Positions 22,502-33,477 of a stretch of 64,000 nucleotides of DNA are shown in pieces. The notes beneath the pieces were generated by a model. That model was not told the origin of the DNA, searched no databases, and was given only the letters and a program-made list of their open reading frames with translations. This DNA comes from Terriglobia bacterium (GTDB lineage: Bacteria > Acidobacteriota > Terriglobia > 20CM-2-55-15): contig CBDAOY010000009.1 of the NCBI GenBank assembly GCA_965198225.1, positions 736,001 to 800,000 of the forward strand, read 5' to 3'. Every line of letters starts with the position of its first letter. Position 1 is the stretch's first letter. Made by a program: the position numbers and the translations under genes.

Positions 22502-24925
22502 TCGGCAAGACGCTGGGCCACTACGAGATCACCGACAAGCTCGGCCAGGGCGGGATGGGATCAGTCTGGCTGGCGCAGGACGCGAAGTTAGGGCGTCAGG
22601 TTGCGATCAAGACCCTCCCCGAGGAGTTTGCGCGGGACGAAGAGCGCCTCGCCCGGTTTGAACGTGAGGCGAAGCTGCTGGCCTCTCTGAACCATCCCAA
22701 CATCGCGACGATCCACGGTCTCGAAGAACACGAGGGCACTCAATTTCTTGTCCTTGAACTCGTGGAAGGCGACACGCTTCAGGATCGGCTCAAACGTGGT
22801 GCCATCCCCGTCGAAGAATCCCTCAAGCTGGCCCTCCAGATCGCCGAAGCTCTCGAAGCTGCACACGAGAAGGGCGTCATCCACCGCGATCTGAAGCCGG
22901 GCAATATCAAGGTCACACGAGACGGCAAGGTGAAAGTGCTGGACTTCGGGCTGGCGAAGGCTTTCATTGGCGACGGTGCCGACGCCAGCCTGTCGAACTC
23001 CCCAACTCTGAGTATGGCGGCGACGCAGCAGGGAATCATCCTCGGTACTGCCGCGTACATGAGCCCCGAACAGGCTCGTGGTGAGACCACTTGACAAGAG
23101 GGCGGACATATGGGCATTCGGTGTCGTGTTGTTCGAAATGCTCACCGGGCAAGGGACCTTCGATGGGCGAACGGTGTCGGACGTGTTGGCTGGCGTGCTG
23201 GCGAGGGAACCACAGTGGAACACGCTGCCACTGAACCTTCATCCGCGCATTCGGTTGCTTCTGGAGCGTTGCTTGGAGAAGGAGGCGAAGGACCGGTATC
23301 ACGACATCGCTGACGTGCGCGTGGACATTCAGAAGGTACTCGCCGACACGGGCGGCGAGCTGGCGGCCTCGACACCGGAGGTGGGGCGCTGGAATCGGCG
23401 GACGGTCGCGATGACGGTCCTAGCCGCAATGTTCGCCGTCGTCGCCAGTTGGTCGCTGCTTCGTCCTGTGACTGAACCTCTCGGTTCGGTCGCCCGATTC
23501 GATACGCCGTTCCAGGACGGGCAGGCCCCGACCGGTTGGCTCGAGCTGACCCGGGATGGTTCTGCTCTCATCTATGTGGGTCCCGGAGAGACGAGCGGAG
23601 GGTCGCAGCTGTGGATGCGGAATTGGAACGGACTGGAGGCACGGCCGATTCCGGGAACTGCAGGAGTCGGAGGAAACCGTGCCTTTGCGGTTTCACCGGA
23701 CGGGAGGGAGGTGGCGTTCGTCCAGGGCAATCCGGGCCCGCTGCGGGTGGTGCCGGTTGCCGGGGGACCGGGCCGGACACTGGCAGAAAATGCTCGCACT
23801 GCGTCCTGGTCCGACGATGGATGGCTCTACTTCATGGGCCTGGACTTCGCCATCAGCCGCGTGCCGGATACCGGCGGCGAGATCGAAACGGTGACCCAGC
23901 TTGCGGAGCGAGACCGCAGACACACCCCCCATCCCATGCCCGGTGGGAAGGTCTTGCTGTACACCGTGGTGGGCCGCGGCGATCTATACGGCAGTGACGC
24001 AGCCATTTGGTCGATGGACATGGAGACGGGCGAGCGGAAGATGATGACAGCGGGATCGATGGCGCGTTACGCGGCGTCAGGGCACCTGCTGTCAGCACTC
24101 CGGACAGGCACTTGATGGCCGCGCCGTTCGATATGGCGAGTGCGGCGTTCACAGGGAATGCCGTTCCTGTTGTGGACGGCCTGACGCGCGGAAGATCCGG
24201 TGTTGCGGCCTTTAGCGTGTCGGAGGACGGCAGTCTCGTCTATCGTGCGGGCGGGGGTTCTGGCGTGCGCGAGTTCGTTTGGGTGACCCGTTCGGGTGAG
24301 GCGAGCCCGGTCAGCCCGGGCGAAACGCTCCGTTGGACAAATCAGGGGCAGAATAGTGGCCTGCGGCTGTCTCCGGATGGCCGCCGGGTGGCGTTCACGA
24401 ACGAAACGAACGGGAATGTGGACATCTGGACCAAGGTACTGCCAGATGGCCCGATGTCCCGCCTCACCTTCGATGATGCTCTGGAACAGCTCCCGGCCTG
24501 GACGCCCGATGGCCGGGAGATCACGTTCGCGTCGAGGCGGGGGAACTCGAATTCTGTCGGTCCCGGCCAATTTTATCGCGTGTGGCAGCGGCCGGCCAAC
24601 GGCACGGCGGAGGCCGAGTTGGTCTACGGAGACTCGGACTCCCCGAGTGGGGAGGGTGTCTGGAGCCCGGACGGGTGGCTGGTGGTCCGCAGGAACCCCG
24701 CCCCACCCGAACACCCCACCTCAGACATCATCGGGCTGCGACCCGGCGAGGACGGCGAAGCGGAGCCGCTGGTCGTGAGCGACAGGTTTCATGAACAGTA
24801 CCCTGCAGTCTCGCGGGACGGCCGCTGGCTGGCGTACATATCCAACGAGACGGGCCGTGATGCGGTCTTCGTGCGGCCCTTCCCGAACGTCACCGACGGG
24901 AAGTGGCAGATTTCAAACGAAGGGG
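22498..24925 (+). pseudogene. Ser/Thr kinase-propeller K4, frameshifts near 23090 and 24095, interrupted by an IS1595-containing insertion
   Basis: ORFs 22498, 23078 and 24007 are consecutive parts; homology stops at KWQISNEG. Confidence 0.88.
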
Positions 24926-24975
24926 AGTATACGCTTACCTTGACACGCCCATAGGGATCTTATACACTTATCCCT

Positions 24976-25962
24976 ATGAATAAAAAGACCTCTAGAGCCA
25001 AAGGCCCTGGAAAAGCTCACCGCGTCGGAATCTCCATTATGGACCTGCAGGATATGTTTCCAGATGAAGACTCCGCCATCAAGTGGTTCGAGTCCACCTA
25101 CTGGGCGAATGAGCGATGCTGCGGCCACTGCGGAAGCACGGCCACCAGTGAAGTCCCAAAGCGGAAGCCGATGCCGTACTGGTGCAAAGACTGCCGAAGC
25201 TACTTCAGCGTCCGCACCGGGACAGCACTTCAAAACTCACGGCTCCCGCTCCGCAAGTGGGCGATTGCGGTCTACCTCTACGTGACGAATCTCAAGAGCG
25301 TGTCCAGCGTCAAGTTGCACCGGGACATCAAGGTCCGACAAGCTACTGCGTGGTTCATGCTGCACCGGATCAGACAGGCATGGGACGCCAGCGGCGTCGA
25401 GCCATTCGATGGTCCAGTCGAGGTTGACGAGACGTTCATGGGCGGTAAGCGCCGGAACATGCCCAACGCGAAACGGAAGAAACTGACGGGCCGCGGGAGC
25501 GCCGGAAAGACTGCCGTAGTCGGTGCAAAGGATCGGGCGACCAACAAGATCCGGGCACGAGTGGTCCGGCGTACAGACGGTGCCACGCTGAAAGGATTCA
25601 TCCACGAGAACACCGAACCCACCACGAAGGTCTACACCGACGAGGCCTCGGCCTACGAGAACCTGGCGCGTCCTCACGAGTCGGTGAAGCACTCGGTTGG
25701 AGAGTACGTGAGAGACCAGGCGCACACCAACGGGATCGAGAGCTTCTGGAGCATGCTGAAGCGAGCCCACAAGGGGACGTTCCACCGGCTCTCCCCGAAG
25801 CACCTGGATCGCTACGTTCAGGAGTTTGCCTGGAGGCACAACATCAGGGAGCGGGACACGATTGAGCAGATGCGGTCGGTCGTGGCGGGTCTGGTGGGGC
25901 GACAGCTCATGTACAGCGAGTTGATCTCCGCAAACGGGCTGTCGGCTTACGCCGAGGACTAG
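24976..25962 (+). CDS. IS1595-family transposase
   Basis: Zn ribbon CGHC..CKDC, VEVDETFMGG, VYTDEASAY, HTNGIESFWSMLKR; element ends not resolved. Confidence 0.93.
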   Translation: MNKKTSRAKGPGKAHRVGISIMDLQDMFPDEDSAIKWFESTYWANERCCGHCGSTATSEVPKRKPMPYWCKDCRSYFSVRTGTALQNSRLPLRKWAIAVYLYVTNLKSVSSVKLHRDIKVRQATAWFMLHRIRQAWDASGVEPFDGPVEVDETFMGGKRRNMPNAKRKKLTGRGSAGKTAVVGAKDRATNKIRARVVRRTDGATLKGFIHENTEPTTKVYTDEASAYENLARPHESVKHSVGEYVRDQAHTNGIESFWSMLKRAHKGTFHRLSPKHLDRYVQEFAWRHNIRERDTIEQMRSVVAGLVGRQLMYSELISANGLSAYAED

Positions 25963-26264
25963 CGGTGGGGTTCCTTCTTGAGTTCGCGCACATCCTCTTT
26001 CAGTTCGCTCACGTCACCCTTGAGCTCGCTGACATCGCCTTTGACTTCGGCCATATCCTCTTTCAGGCCATCAACGTCCCGTGACACGGCCTGGAGCTTC
26101 TGGTTCACTTCGACGAATCCTTCACGGGTTTCCTTGCGTAACGCATTCACATCGTTACCCACGGTTTCCACGTCCTTGCGGATCGGCTTGACCTCTTCCT
26201 GAAACACGCGCCGGATCGCTTTCACCAGCAAGTCATTTTCGTTTCTGCCTTCCATAACTCCCAC
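25959..26264 (-). CDS. Small heptad-repeat coiled-coil protein, probable IS1595 passenger
   Basis: Repeats like KGDVSEL/KEDVREL; converges on the transposase. Confidence 0.6.
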   Translation of the reverse strand: MGVMEGRNENDLLVKAIRRVFQEEVKPIRKDVETVGNDVNALRKETREGFVEVNQKLQAVSRDVDGLKEDMAEVKGDVSELKGDVSELKEDVRELKKEPHR

Positions 26265-26662
26265 TATGGGTCAGTATGCCAACTCTGTCAATATTGATTG
26301 ACAAAGCCATGATAGCCCGTCAGAGTTCCGCCAGCCACTTTTCAACAGAGAACCCGTTGAGTCGGGCTTCCTGCTGAAATACAACAGCCTGATTATAACT
26401 CGGGAACGGGTAGCTCCCTTTAACCGACTGGCGAATACGGCGGGACTCTTCCCACGATCTCTGTGTGAAAAGTGGCAAAGCCCGACGCCTGCGTAAATGG
26501 CATGCCCAGGGATCTATCAGAGAACACAATAACGAGGCCGACAGGTGCTGGTCACAGCCACCGGCCTCTGAACCCGATCCTCCTACCGAGCAGGAAGAAC
26601 GGAGATCGAAAAATTGTAACATTCCTCCCTTCTTGGTGTGCGTGGATCGCCCGGAGGGAGTT

Positions 26663-27254
26663 CATGCCCGCACTGCTCGTCCTTGTTTCCTTGATCCTTG
26701 TCACATGCCCGAAGCCAGCAACCGCCCAGGCGCATGGGGATACCAGCGGGGCCATTTCGCTGGAGGAACTGGCGCGCCGATTCAGCGATGACGACTCGTA
26801 CGACGAAGCGCTAGAAGCGCTCACGTCTTTTGGCATGGCGCGGCATGTCTACCCGCTGTACAACGCTTGCCGCCCGATGACCTTCATCAGCACCATCGAG
26901 AGCCCGATCGGGACCGCAGCCGACATCGGCTTGACCGATCCGCTCCTCCGAGATGCAGTAGAGCGCCGCCTGAGATCCGCCCGCCTGTACGCTTCCGATC
27001 CCGTAACTGGAAACCCGTTCCTGCACGTCCATGTCCAGGTTCTGAGCAGGGCTTTTCACGTATCAGCCATGCTTCAGAAAAGGGTGGAGGATCCGGAGTT
27101 CGATATAGATGGAATAGCGACCACCTGGATGAAGGGCGGGCCAGGTGTGCATGGAGGCGATTTGAGTTTAGTCTTGCCTGCGGTGGATCTTGTCATGAAC
27201 GCATTCATCCTGGAGTACCTGCGCGTCAACGAGACGGCCTGCGGCGGGCCATAG
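26663..27254 (+). CDS. Hypothetical secreted protein
   Basis: GGAG RBS then MPALLVLVSLILV signal-like start inside ORF 26472; ends YLRVNETACGGP. Confidence 0.55.
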
Positions 27255-27302
27255 ATGCACGGCCTCGCCCTAGTACTCGCCGCCCACCACGAGGCCGTGC
27301 CA

Positions 27303-27581
27303 GAGAAGTTCTTTCGGAACCGTGCCACGAATGAGATCGCGGTGGCGACGTTTTCGACAACGGAGAAGTCGTTCGAGCTTGGCTCTGTCACGCCCCTGTT
27401 CCGGATGCCGGGCGACAATTTCGACAATCGGGCGAATCGTCCGAGAATGTACGACGTCGCACTGGACGACCAGAGCTTCCTGACGACCCGATCAGTCGAC
27501 ACCGAAACCGCCGCGACCTCCGTGATCCTCGTCCTGAACTTCTTCGAAGAGTTGAAGCGTCTGGTTCCGACGGACAATTAG
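27303..27581 (+). pseudogene. 3' end of a kinase-propeller gene (probably K4)
   Basis: FFRN..LF..YDVALDDQSFL..ILVLNFFEELKRLVPTDN. Confidence 0.8.
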
Positions 27582-27647
27582 CAGCAATGCTCCGACAATC
27601 CACTCGGCAGCGATCGAAGGCCTGTCTCCGGTCGGTCAGGGCGTATC

Positions 27648-27687
27648 AATCCACGACTGTATCGTCGCCTACACGTACATGTGGATT
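27648..27687. repeat. Empty hairpin site H1
   Basis: AATCCACGA-CTGTATC-GTCG-CC-TACACGTAC-ATGTGGATT. Confidence 0.7.
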
Positions 27688-27724
27688 GTTTCGGAAGGTA
27701 GAAGCGGGGGGGCTGATAGTTTCA

Positions 27725-27750
27725 TTGACCTGAAATCCAGCCTGTAGTCT
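27725..27750 (+). promoter_or_regulatory. Conserved promoter-like motif upstream of kinase starts (copies at 31365, 37241, 51482, 57595)
   Basis: TTGACC-N14-T(A/C)GT(C/T)T, 9-11 nt before the start codon in five places. Confidence 0.6.
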
Positions 27751-27761
27751 GATCTATTCCG

Positions 27762-27848
27762 ATGCAATCCGGCACCCACCTCAACCATTACGAGATCCAG
27801 ACTCAACCGGGCGTAGGAGGAATGGGTGAAGTCCGCGAGGAGGCCTGA
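27762..27848 (+). pseudogene. Kinase 5' remnant
   Basis: Translates MQSGTHLNHYEIQTQPGVGGMGEVREEA*. Confidence 0.75.
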
Positions 27849-27878
27849 CGAGCTCGTAAAGCTCACACCCCAATCACC

Positions 27879-28214
27879 ATGATGAGAATCATCATCGACG
27901 TGCTCGCAACCTCGGGGCTCCTCTACGCGCTTGCGTCAGTGCTGCCCGCCGTGCGCCTGAAATCGTTCCGCTCGGCGTTGAGCGTCGCGCTGGTCTACGG
28001 CCTGTTGAATTACTTTCTCTTCTGGCTGTTGGCGCTGATCGCCTTCATCCCGATGCTGCTGACCTTCGGCTTGTTCGGGTTGGTCATCAACGCGGTCCTG
28101 CTGTGGCTGACCGACAAGCTGATCGAAGACTTCGAGATCGATTCGTTGCGTATGACTTTGCTCATGGCGGTGTTGCTGACGGTGGGGAAGCTCGTGCTGC
28201 GCGCGATCCTCTGA
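27879..28214 (+). CDS. Four-TM membrane protein, YvlD/DUF360 (phage holin 4_2) family
   Basis: ALSVALVYGLLN..PMLLTFGLFGLVINAVLLWLTDKL..FEIDS. Confidence 0.8.
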   Translation: MMRIIIDVLATSGLLYALASVLPAVRLKSFRSALSVALVYGLLNYFLFWLLALIAFIPMLLTFGLFGLVINAVLLWLTDKLIEDFEIDSLRMTLLMAVLLTVGKLVLRAIL

Positions 28215-28667
28215 CGGGCAAGGTGCTCAGCGTTTTCAACGGTACGCCTACCATTTGCCCCAGAACTTTCCGCCAACATCCTCCGGAACAGATCTGTAGG
28301 ATTTCCACATGCCTGGTATGTCGTTAGCGTTCATCGGAAGTGCCGCGGCGAGCGCGGCCACAGGATGAGCGAGAAGTTCCCACCGCGGCAGTTTCGATAA
28401 CAAGACTTGAAGGAGGGCGCTGGCCGAATGCGGCGGACGCGGTGGGCTATGGAGAAAGTAGCCGGAAGCGGGCCGGATCTGGAGTGGCGTTGGGGCGAGG
28501 AGGGGGACCGGCGGTCGATGACCGCGTCGATGGTGTGAATCGGAAAGCAGTTGGGTCGGGGAATCGGTGGGTTGAAAGGACGGGATCTGAGGGGATTTTG
28601 CAGCGGAGGCACACTCCGGCGAGGACGTGGCTGAACCGCACGTCGGTCGTCGGTTTGTGAAGGAGGA

Positions 28668-29837
28668 TTAGGACGTATCGCATTGGAAGGCGAGCCTCGC
28701 TACGAGTTGCAGAGCGGTGAAGCGTTGGATGAGAGTCATCGGTCCCTGACAGTGCGGACACGACCAGGAAGAGTTCGAGGTGGTGGTTTCGTCAGATTCG
28801 ACCCTCGGCATGGCATCGAGGAGTTGGCGACAGAGAGCGAAGGCGGCCGACCGGCGGTAGTTGGCCATGAATCCGAAGTGTCGGATGCGGACGAAGCCCT
28901 TCGGCAGAACGTGCAATAAGAACCGTCGGATGAACTCGTCGGCCGCGAGTGTCATGATGCGACTCTTGTTGCCATTGCGGTAATCCCGCCAACGGAACCG
29001 GACCCGGTTACCGTCAAACGAGATCAATCGATGGTTGGAGATGGCGACCCGATGGGTGTAGCGGCCCAGGTAGCGGAGCACCTGTTCGGGGCCACCAAAG
29101 GGTCGTTTGATATAGACGACCCAGTTGCGGGAATGGATCTGGCGGCGGAACCGCCGAAAGTGTTGCGGTTCGCCGAAGGGTCGAATCGAGCCGGACAGTT
29201 CGAGCGAACCGTCGGCGATCGCTCGCCCGAGCCCGTCGATGAACTTGCCACGGAAGACTCGGGCGAGCACCTGCTTGGGGAGGAAGAAGCGCCCAGAACC
29301 CGGAATCCAACGGGACTGATCCGGAGCCAGTCCGCCGGCCGGTACCACGCAGTGGATGTGGGGATGGAACTCCAGGTTCTGACTCCAGGTATGCAGGATG
29401 CCGAAGAAGCCGATCCGGGCGCCGAGTCGTTTCGGATTGGCCGCCACCTCGATCATCGTGTCGGCCACGCTGCGAAACAGCAGGCTGTAGAGTAGGGCAG
29501 GGTTGTGGAAGAAGAACGGATGGAACTGGTGCGGGACGGTGAACACGACGTGGAAGTAGGGGGTGGGCAGCAGTTCGGCTTCTCGTGCTTCGAGCCACCG
29601 TCGTCGGGCCTGGGTCTGACACTTCGGGCAGTGGCGGTTGCGGCAGGAGTTGAACGAGATTCCGGACTCCCGGCCACAATCGGCACACCGGTCGATGTGG
29701 CCACCCAGAGCCGCAGTACGACAGTTCAGGATGGCGCGCAGGACCTTGAGCTTCTGGATGCCGAGGCGGTGACGCTGGAGGAAACCTCGAACCCGGGCGC
29801 GGACGATGTCGGCCACCTCGACGGCGGGCCGGCTCAT
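28668..29837 (-). CDS. IS91-family (Y2 HUH) transposase with Zn-binding domain
   Basis: CRTAALGGH..SCRNRHCPKC, HPHIHC (HUH), YLGRY, FLLHVLPKGFVRIRHFG; ATG 29837 overlaps the integrase stop. Confidence 0.93.
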   Translation of the reverse strand: MSRPAVEVADIVRARVRGFLQRHRLGIQKLKVLRAILNCRTAALGGHIDRCADCGRESGISFNSCRNRHCPKCQTQARRRWLEAREAELLPTPYFHVVFTVPHQFHPFFFHNPALLYSLLFRSVADTMIEVAANPKRLGARIGFFGILHTWSQNLEFHPHIHCVVPAGGLAPDQSRWIPGSGRFFLPKQVLARVFRGKFIDGLGRAIADGSLELSGSIRPFGEPQHFRRFRRQIHSRNWVVYIKRPFGGPEQVLRYLGRYTHRVAISNHRLISFDGNRVRFRWRDYRNGNKSRIMTLAADEFIRRFLLHVLPKGFVRIRHFGFMANYRRSAAFALCRQLLDAMPRVESDETTTSNSSWSCPHCQGPMTLIQRFTALQLVARLAFQCDTS

Positions 29838-30724
29838 TCGCCTTTCTTCTTTCTCAGACGGGGAGACGGTCCCAGATCGGGAACCGGAAGAGAATCGATC
29901 GGGTTCACCACGCGCTGCATGTGCGCCTGAGACAAATGGAGATAGAGGGTCGTCGCTTCCAGATCGACATGACCCAACAGGAGCTGGATGGTTCGCAGGT
30001 CGGTTCCCCTCTCCAGCAGGTGGGTGGCCCAGCTGTGGCGCAGCGTATGTGGGGATACTTTCTTTTTGATGCCGGCACGTTGGGCGGCTTGTTGGACGGC
30101 GTACCAAACCGTCTTCACATCGATGGGCTGTCCGGGCCGGGTCCGGAGCAAACTGGGGAAGAGGTACTCGCCGGGTTTCCGCCAACGCCAGTAGTCGCGC
30201 AGGACTTCCAGCAGTTTCGGTGACAGCGGCACGTCGCGGTCGCGATTGCCTTTACCCTGCCTCACATGGATCACCATGCGTTCGCTATCGACGTCCTCGA
30301 CCTTCAGACGACACAGCTCGGCCCGCCGCAGTCCCGTCGAATACAAGGTCATCAGGATGACGAAGTGATAGGCACTGTTGGCGGAGGCCAGCAGTTGCGC
30401 CACTTCCTCTTCGCTCAGAATCGTGGGCAACCGGGACGGCTGTTTCGGATAGACCAGATCGACCTGGTGATAGGGACGGCGAAGCACCTTCACGTAGAAG
30501 AACCGGAGTGCGGCGATCCGTCCGATGATGGTGTCGACAGCGAGCTTGCGCTCCTGAAGCAGATGCAGCTGGTACTGCCGCATCTGTTCCTGTTCGAGCT
30601 TGTCGGGGGACTTCCCGAAGTAGCGGGCGAAGTCTTCGACCGCGTGAAGATACAGCCGAATCGTAGCGGGTGAGTAGTTCCGGCGCTGGAGTTCCTCCAG
30701 CATCCGTTGTCGCAGCTTCGTCAT
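29834..30724 (-). CDS. Tyrosine recombinase (XerD/IntI-like with SAM-like N-terminus)
   Basis: YSTGLRRAE, GKGNRDR, HTLRHSWATHLLE..LLGH....TTLY; no obvious IntI I2 insertion. Confidence 0.93.
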   Translation of the reverse strand: MTKLRQRMLEELQRRNYSPATIRLYLHAVEDFARYFGKSPDKLEQEQMRQYQLHLLQERKLAVDTIIGRIAALRFFYVKVLRRPYHQVDLVYPKQPSRLPTILSEEEVAQLLASANSAYHFVILMTLYSTGLRRAELCRLKVEDVDSERMVIHVRQGKGNRDRDVPLSPKLLEVLRDYWRWRKPGEYLFPSLLRTRPGQPIDVKTVWYAVQQAAQRAGIKKKVSPHTLRHSWATHLLERGTDLRTIQLLLGHVDLEATTLYLHLSQAHMQRVVNPIDSLPVPDLGPSPRLRKKKGE

Positions 30725-31201
30725 GTGAGCCTCCTTGTGAGGCTCACACTCTATCGGGGGCTCATCACTCTTCGCTCAGCACACGCGTAGCGTCCGCCGC
30801 GCCAGCGGCTTCGTTCAAGTCGCCTACACTTCCTTGTGGATCTCGTCGGGAAAGCCGGGGGTCTGAATGTTCATCCAGTGGCCTTTGTCGTTCCGTTAGC
30901 AAGAGGACACTTTCTATTCGTTCACAAATGACTAAGAATCTGAATGCTGAATTATTTGAGGTGACAAATGTCTGCAAGAAATGGTGACAAGGCGCGCTTC
31001 AACCGTCTGCGCAAGGCAAAACTTCGGATGAGAGAACGTATCCGGGAAGTTCGAAAAGCACTGCAGGAACGAACCGCACGAGCAAATCCGAAGAAGAGTA
31101 CGACGCAAGGGGCTTGAGGTCAATGCAGTGGGCACTTTTCTTGTTAGCGCCCATGCACATCTACGAGTAGCCGACCGACCGCCGAAACCGGTTCGATCCC
31201 G

Positions 31202-31258
31202 ATCACAGTTGTTCTGAACTGATTCGAGGAACTGAAGGAACGTGTGCCAGTGCCTTAG
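31202..31258 (+). pseudogene. Kinase-propeller 3' remnant
   Basis: ITVVLN*FEELKERVPVP*. Confidence 0.8.
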
Positions 31259-31317
31259 GGATCTGTGTTCGAGCCTTCTGCCCCCGACAAACCCTCTCGA
31301 TCCGCCCCACTGCCCTC

Positions 31318-31358
31318 AATCCACCTTGCCGTATAGTCGCCATACCGGAGATGTGCCG
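31318..31358. repeat. Empty hairpin site H3
   Basis: AATCCACCT-TGCCGTATA-GTCG-CC-ATACCGGAG-ATGTGCCG. Confidence 0.7.
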
Positions 31359-31399
31359 TTATGATTGACCCCGACCCCTTCCTGTCGTTTCATCATCCA

Positions 31400-31458
31400 A
31401 TGGAACCTGGCGCCACACTTGGCCACTAGAGATCTTTTCTCCTCCTGGCAGGGCCGGG
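31400..31458 (+). pseudogene. Kinase 5' remnant
   Basis: MEPGATLGH then degraded HYEILSP codons, preceded by the TTGACC motif. Confidence 0.6.
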
Positions 31459-31600
31459 ACAACGGTCCTTTTATTTAGGTGCGAATAATGAGGGCAATTC
31501 GGAAAGAAATAGCGGAAGAGATCAGACAGGCTGCGCTTGAGGTTTTGCTCCTTCGCGCAAGGTCTGAATCGTTCTCTGGGGCATCGTACGGAGAATTACA

Positions 31601-33265
31601 ATGAAGAGATACCTAGTTACGATCCTCGTGGCCGGCCTCGCGGCTCCCGTCGTGTACGGCCAGCAGGCGCCGGACACGATCCTGACGAATGGCAAGGTCA
31701 TTACGGTCGACGATCAGTTCCGGATCGCAGAGGCAATCGCGATCCGCGGAGATCGATTCGTTGCGGTCGGTTCGAATGCCGAGATTACCGAACTCGCGGG
31801 ACCGAACACGGAGCGCATCGATCTCGAGGGGCGGTCCGTCGTCCCGGGTTTCATCGACAATCATGCGCACTTCATGGAGGAGGGTGCGTACTGGGATCTC
31901 GAGCTGCGGTTCGACGGCGTGGAGTCTCGCCAAGAGGCGTTGAACAGGCTCCGCGCAAAAGCGGACGAGACGCCGGACGGCGAATGGATATTCAACTTCG
32001 GAGGCTGGTCACCGGACCAGTTCGTCGAAGACAAATCTCCGTTTACGCGGGACGAGCTCGACCAGTACTCGCCGGACAATCCGGTCTATCTCATATTCTC
32101 CCGCTCGGACGCCTACATCAACAGCCGGGCCATCGATGCCATCGGCCTCGCAGAGATGAACGAGCCGTGGATTTACCGTGACGCCAACGGCAGAGCCACG
32201 GGTCAGATTGCACCGCAGGGTGCGGGCGCCGTGAGGCGGATGGCCAACTTCATCGACGCGCCGAACGGGGCGCGGGCGAACCTGCCGATGGACGTGGTGC
32301 GTTCCAGCAGCCTTGCGATGCTCCACGATCTCAACGCCGCGGGTCTGACGGCTTCAGGCGGCGCATGCCAGTGGGATGATCTCTATCGCGAGTTCCAGAA
32401 AGAGGGTGTCCAGAGCATGCGGTTTTTCTGCATGCAGGGGCCGAGTGCCGGGCGCGGGCCCGATGCACCTCAGCGTTTTCTCGCCGGACTTTCGGAACTG
32501 ACCTGGCACGACGGCGACGAGTGGATGGACAACACCACCCTTGGAGAGAACATTCCGGGCGGCGGTGGCGACAACCTCTACTCGGCAACCCAGGAACCCG
32601 TGTCGCAGGAGCAGTGGGATCTGTTCGGTGATCTTGCGCTCGAAGTGGCAAAGACAGGCGCCCAGGCGTTGATCCACACTCAGACCGAGGTTGCGATCGA
32701 AGGCAAGATGCGCCAGTTCGAGCGGATAAACGAGATCGTTCCGCTCAGATCCTTACGTTGGGGTCTCATGCATATGGAAGGCGTTACGGTCGATCAAATC
32801 GAACGGCTCCGTGATCTGAACATGGTCATCGCGGTGCATCCGCGCGAGATCGTTACTGGAGGGCTGCTGCTTCGGGTATGGGGCGATAAGAAGTACGCGA
32901 TGCCGCCGCTGCGAGATATTCAGAACATCGGCATCATGTGGGGCCTCGGTACCGACGCGTTCGAGGTCAATCAGTACCGTCCCTTCCAGACCCTATACTG
33001 GGCCGTGACGGGGAAGATGGTTGGCGGTGACGTAGTCAACACCCACACGGTGACGCGCGAGGAGGCCCTGATCGCCCATACGCGCAGCAACGCCTTTATC
33101 TTGTTCCGCGAGCACGATATCGGCTCGATCCAGGCGGGGCATCTAGCCGACCTGGTCGTGACCGACCGCGACTACCTGACGGTGCCGGCGGATGAGATCA
33201 AGGACATCAATCCGGTCATGACGATGGTGGGCGGCCGGATCGTCTACGATGGGAAAGGCTGGTAA
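31601..33265 (+). CDS. Secreted amidohydrolase (Amidohydro_3/YtcJ-like)
   Basis: Signal peptide; DLEGRSVVPGFIDNHAH; GSIQAGHLADLVV..TMVGGRIVY. Confidence 0.88.
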   Translation: MKRYLVTILVAGLAAPVVYGQQAPDTILTNGKVITVDDQFRIAEAIAIRGDRFVAVGSNAEITELAGPNTERIDLEGRSVVPGFIDNHAHFMEEGAYWDLELRFDGVESRQEALNRLRAKADETPDGEWIFNFGGWSPDQFVEDKSPFTRDELDQYSPDNPVYLIFSRSDAYINSRAIDAIGLAEMNEPWIYRDANGRATGQIAPQGAGAVRRMANFIDAPNGARANLPMDVVRSSSLAMLHDLNAAGLTASGGACQWDDLYREFQKEGVQSMRFFCMQGPSAGRGPDAPQRFLAGLSELTWHDGDEWMDNTTLGENIPGGGGDNLYSATQEPVSQEQWDLFGDLALEVAKTGAQALIHTQTEVAIEGKMRQFERINEIVPLRSLRWGLMHMEGVTVDQIERLRDLNMVIAVHPREIVTGGLLLRVWGDKKYAMPPLRDIQNIGIMWGLGTDAFEVNQYRPFQTLYWAVTGKMVGGDVVNTHTVTREEALIAHTRSNAFILFREHDIGSIQAGHLADLVVTDRDYLTVPADEIKDINPVMTMVGGRIVYDGKGW

Positions 33266-33290
33266 CGAATAATCGATTGACGCGAAGGCG

Positions 33291-33318
33291 GAGGGGGCTT
33301 CGGCCCCCTCTCTCATTT
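33291..33318 (+). terminator. Terminator-like hairpin
   Basis: GAGGGGGC-TTCG-GCCCCCTC with a weak T tail. Confidence 0.65.
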
Positions 33319-33393
33319 CCGGAGTGCCGACGGACCGAATTTGGTAAGCCGGCATCGCGGTAAGGTGGTTTTTCCCGAAAACCCCGTGAATAC

Positions 33394-33477
33394 AGGTCTA
33401 TTCAGATGGCTAGGAGTCTGCGCGGAAGAACGACTTTTTCATTGTGACCACAGCATAGGTCTATTCAGATGGCTAGG
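33394..33477. repeat. Two exact 21 bp direct repeats
   Basis: AGGTCTATTCAGATGGCTAGG at 33394 and 33457. Confidence 0.8.

Larger units (their letters stand above)
28320..30822 (-). mobile_element. Tyrosine recombinase + IS91-type transposase element, copy 1 (2503 bp including GTCG at both ends)
   Basis: Same sequence at 40033, 54996 and 61352; shared boundaries GTCGTTAGCG ... GTTCAAGTCG. Confidence 0.92.

Noticed and set aside
27879-28214. Prophage implied by the holin-family gene
   Set aside because: YvlD/DUF360 proteins are common chromosomal membrane proteins, and no phage structural genes are present.
28271-28329. Possible attC site (CGCCAAC ... GTTAGCG)
   Set aside because: The GTTAGCG belongs to the element end, the L boxes are not symmetric, the other copies lack the AAC partner and the recombinase shows no IntI insertion.
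29838-30185. 116 aa N-terminal extension of the IS91 transposase
   Set aside because: It overlaps the recombinase gene; the ATGA-coupled start at 29837 is more plausible.
33394-33477. Mini CRISPR array (21 bp repeat, 42 bp spacer)
   Set aside because: Only two repeats, not palindromic, and no cas genes; a local duplication is simpler.
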